A DNA stretch of 18,223 bases, taken from Promethearchaeota archaeon (GTDB taxonomy: Archaea; Asgardarchaeota; Lokiarchaeia; Sigyniarchaeales; SOKP01). Location of the stretch: contig JBHLMP010000062.1 of the NCBI GenBank assembly GCA_048938025.1, positions 1-18,223 on the forward strand, given 5' to 3'. Position numbers and translations under genes: made by a program. Within the stretch, counting starts at the first letter, position 1. Each line of letters opens with the position of its first letter. Shown here one piece after another: positions 15,320 through 18,223 of the stretch. The notes beneath the pieces are model-generated. The model made no database searches. It saw only the letters and a program-made list of their open reading frames with translations, and was not told the origin of the DNA.

Positions 15320-16498
15320 TTAAATAATCTTCAATTTTTTTACAATATTCTCTAAATCTTCACTAAATTTTATTAAATGCTCTTTTACAACATGTGGCAT
15401 TATTACAACTCTTATCAAATTAAAATCAGTAAATTTACCTAACATCCAATTCATTTTTCGTAATTCTTCATCAATATTACAAATATTTTCTCCATTCTCT
15501 GTTGTTATTCCAACTACGTTCATTATCGGATCAGCAGCTAATTTAATTCCATCAATTTCAGTAATTCTTTTAGTTAAATAATGAGTATTTTCCATGCATC
15601 TCTTTACAATTTCTTTAAACCCATTAATTCCAAGAGATTTTAAAATCGCCCAAAATGCAATAATAGTACCACCTGGGCGAGTTCCTACAATATGGAAATG
15701 TTTAAAATTACCTCCTGCTAAATATGGAATCTCAAATCCTGTCTTTTGCAAAATAGACTCATCTCTTATAAAGAGACCTCCAGATGGAATAATTCCTAAT
15801 CCCATTTTGTGTGGATCGGCTGTAATTGATCCAACTGGTTTAACATTGAAATCCCATGGTGGTATTTTATAATTTAATTTCTTTAAAAATGGTAATACAA
15901 ATCCACCAAATGCAGCGTCTATATGAAAAAATATGCTTTTTCCTTCAATTATTTTACCAATATCTTCAATAGGATCTATTAAACCCAAAGAAGTAGTACC
16001 AGCGATTCCAACAACTCCACAAGTATTTTTATTAATAAGAGATTCAAAATGTCTCAAATCTAATTCATAATTTTCTTTAAGATTAGCTTTTCTCAACTTA
16101 ATTCCAAGTAAATCGGCTGCTTTATCAAAAGAGATATGAGCAGTAATAGGTAAAACAACTTCTGGTTTTTTAATATCCGGTCTTAATTTTTTTGCAATTC
16201 TCATAGCAATAAGATTCGCTTCAGAACCACCTGTAGTAAAAGTACCAATTATTTTTTGTTCTCCAAAAATTTCTCCAATTTCAGAAATTAATTCTTCCTC
16301 TAAGACGGCTGTACCGAGAAATAATCCTGGATCTCCTAAATTTTTAGAAATATATTTTAAATAAACTTCTTTTCCGAATTCAAGAGGTTCTGTACACATA
16401 GATCCTAAAATTGAACCAGATTCGTAGGTGAAATCATTCTTCAATTTTTCTTCGAGAATCTTCAATATTTCCTGTTTTTCTAAGCCTTCTTCCAACAT
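15320..16498 (-). CDS. mfnA: Group II PLP-dependent decarboxylase, MfnA type (L-aspartate/L-tyrosine decarboxylase)
   Basis: ILGSMCTEP, NLGDPGLF, TTGGSEAN, AHISFDKA, IAGTTSLG.IDPI, HIDAAFGG, SITADPHK(PLP)MG, GTRPG, RVVIMPHV. Confidence 0.93.
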   Translation of the reverse strand: MLEEGLEKQEILKILEEKLKNDFTYESGSILGSMCTEPLEFGKEVYLKYISKNLGDPGLFLGTAVLEEELISEIGEIFGEQKIIGTFTTGGSEANLIAMRIAKKLRPDIKKPEVVLPITAHISFDKAADLLGIKLRKANLKENYELDLRHFESLINKNTCGVVGIAGTTSLGLIDPIEDIGKIIEGKSIFFHIDAAFGGFVLPFLKKLNYKIPPWDFNVKPVGSITADPHKMGLGIIPSGGLFIRDESILQKTGFEIPYLAGGNFKHFHIVGTRPGGTIIAFWAILKSLGINGFKEIVKRCMENTHYLTKRITEIDGIKLAADPIMNVVGITTENGENICNIDEELRKMNWMLGKFTDFNLIRVVIMPHVVKEHLIKFSEDLENIVKKLKII

Positions 16499-16639
16499 CT
16501 TTAATATAAAAAAGTATTGATCCTAAATACCTTATTCTTAGTATTCCACAAAATAGAAAAATTCAAACAATTAAAATTTTTCAAATTAAATATTATTTCG
16601 TAATATAAATACTCAAAATATATACTCTTTAAATTACAA

Positions 16640-16960
16640 TTAACAAAATCTTCTTGAATCCCTTTCAGAATATTTGTTAATTATTTTCTCTAACTCATCA
16701 CTTAAATCGATCTTATAATAATTAGCAGCACAAATTATTGAAAATAGAAGATCTGCAAGTTCTTCTCCTAAATTAGATTTTAATCTCTCTCTCACCTTTT
16801 TTGGTTTATAACCTTCAAGAGAGTTAACCTCTCTTGCTAACTCCCCTAATTCTTCCATAATGGCAGAAATCATAGATAATGGAGGCCAATATCCTCCATG
16901 ATCCTTAATCCAATTATTAACAATTTGTTGAATTTCTTTAAGTGAATTTTCCTTCTTCAT
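16640..16960 (-). CDS. MazG-like nucleotide pyrophosphohydrolase (YpjD type; ORF track start 16981)
   Basis: GGYWPPLS, EELGELAREV, KPKK, EELADLLF..IC.AN, KY..RD..RF. Confidence 0.9.
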   Translation of the reverse strand: MKKENSLKEIQQIVNNWIKDHGGYWPPLSMISAIMEELGELAREVNSLEGYKPKKVRERLKSNLGEELADLLFSIICAANYYKIDLSDELEKIINKYSERDSRRFC

Positions 16961-17053
16961 ATATTTTCTAATATTTAACACTATTTAAAAGATAAAAGTA
17001 TTAAACGCTGATTGTATATTATAAAAATAGATGAGAAAATTACTTCTTCCTTT

Positions 17054-18223
17054 TTAATTTTTATCACTACTATTTATTGGCATTCTCACAATAAAAGTAC
17101 AACCTTTATTTCTTCCTTCAGATTCAACCAAAATTTTTCCATTGTGTAATTCAATTATTTTCTTCGAAATATAAAGGCCTAAACCTGATCCTTCAGTAAT
17201 GATATTCATTCCAATATTTTCTCTTTCAATTTTTCCAAATTTTTTGAATAATTTTCCTTTTTCTTCTTTAGTTAATCCTATACCTGTATCTTTTATGATT
17301 ATATCCACATAATTGTTCTCTAGTTGAACGTTAATATATATTAATCCTTTAGGAGGAGTATTTTTGATTGCATTAGATATTAAATTCAATATAACTTGCG
17401 CAACTCTACTTCTATCCATATCAATATAGATTTCTCCTGTAAAATCTTGTTTTAAAAAGATTTCTCTATTCCTTATTGATACTATAAAATCACTAGCACA
17501 TTCTTTAATTAATCTGATAATATCTCCTTTTTTCTTTTCTAATTTCAGCTTCTCCGTTTCGAGATTAAAAGAATCTAGTAAATTTTTCGTTAGGTTTGTT
17601 AATCGCAAACCCCCTCTATTTATTATTTCAATTAATTTTAGGATATCACTATTAAGATGATCCTTATAATTAGTTAAAAGATATTGAGATGTAGAAAATA
17701 TTGAATTTAAAGGAGTTTTAAACTCATGAGATGTTCTCCTAATCAATTCAGCTCTCATTTTATCTAATGCTTTTAACTTTCTCATTTCTTCTTTTTCTAA
17801 GATTTCAATCCTTTTTTGTTGGGTAATATTTCGAAAAATTGCTTGTATGAATATACCATTATATATTTTGAAAGAAGAGAGTTGTAAATTTAACCAAACT
17901 TCAGATCCATCCTTTTGTAAAAAATTAAATTCTATTGGTTCTTTAAAATCATGTGTTTCCATGAGTTCTAGTTTGTTTTTTAATAATATTGATAAATTAT
18001 GAAATTCAAATATTTCAAAAATATATTTTCCAATAAAATCCTCTTTTTTTTTAATAAATAGATTTTCAGTAGCAAAGTTACAATTGTTTATTAACCCATT
18101 TTGATCAAATAATATAACAGAATAAGGAGCATCCTCAAATAAATGTCGAAACATTTCTTCAGAATCTTTTAATTTCTGTTCAACCATAACAACTATACCT
18201 ATAAGTAAAAGAATTGTGGCTAA
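17054..18223 (-). CDS. PAS-domain sensor histidine kinase, 5' truncated by the window edge
   Basis: PAS (FRHLFEDAP...DQNG...KDGSEVW...RNIT), H-box SHEFKTPL, N-box NLISNAIK, G1 DTGIG, G2 GSGLGL. The frame stays open from ATG 18187 to the window end (LATILLLIGIVV), consistent with the end of a TM helix. Confidence 0.93.
   Translation of the reverse strand, partial: LATILLLIGIVVMVEQKLKDSEEMFRHLFEDAPYSVILFDQNGLINNCNFATENLFIKKKEDFIGKYIFEIFEFHNLSILLKNKLELMETHDFKEPIEFNFLQKDGSEVWLNLQLSSFKIYNGIFIQAIFRNITQQKRIEILEKEEMRKLKALDKMRAELIRRTSHEFKTPLNSIFSTSQYLLTNYKDHLNSDILKLIEIINRGGLRLTNLTKNLLDSFNLETEKLKLEKKKGDIIRLIKECASDFIVSIRNREIFLKQDFTGEIYIDMDRSRVAQVILNLISNAIKNTPPKGLIYINVQLENNYVDIIIKDTGIGLTKEEKGKLFKKFGKIERENIGMNIITEGSGLGLYISKKIIELHNGKILVESEGRNKGCTFIVRMPINSSDKN

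Noticed and set aside
15594-15872. 92-aa plus-strand ORF
   Set aside because: Antisense shadow of mfnA.
1-18223. CRISPR arrays, transposases, prophage or defence genes
   Set aside because: No regularly spaced repeats or recognisable motifs for these were seen.

Overview
AT-rich (roughly 27-30% GC by eye) archaeal chromosomal window, very likely from an Asgard archaeon (Lokiarchaeia-like). It opens with the 3' end of a 23S rRNA gene that carries a ~166-nt expansion segment at the helix-98/ES39 position; no 5S gene follows. Housekeeping genes include hexulose-6-P synthase, an ADP-forming acyl-CoA synthetase alpha subunit, ilvE, panB, mfnA, a MazG-like protein, a PAS histidine kinase cut by the window edge, and tRNA-Cys(GCA). 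These are interleaved with a dense set of eukaryotic-signature genes: a longin-domain protein, a profilin with an extra C-terminal domain, a short Rab-like GTPase, a Rag/Gtr-like GTPase with a roadblock-like tail, and a large Rab with a Pro-rich linker, charged helix and zinc ribbon. The best candidate for an undescribed system is the Rag-like GTPase head-to-head with the branched-chain aminotransferase and just upstream of panB, near the longin protein, profilin and two Rabs. This could be an amino-acid-sensing and cytoskeleton signalling locus, but that is inference from motifs and gene order only. All family calls come from motif recognition; no database searches were run.
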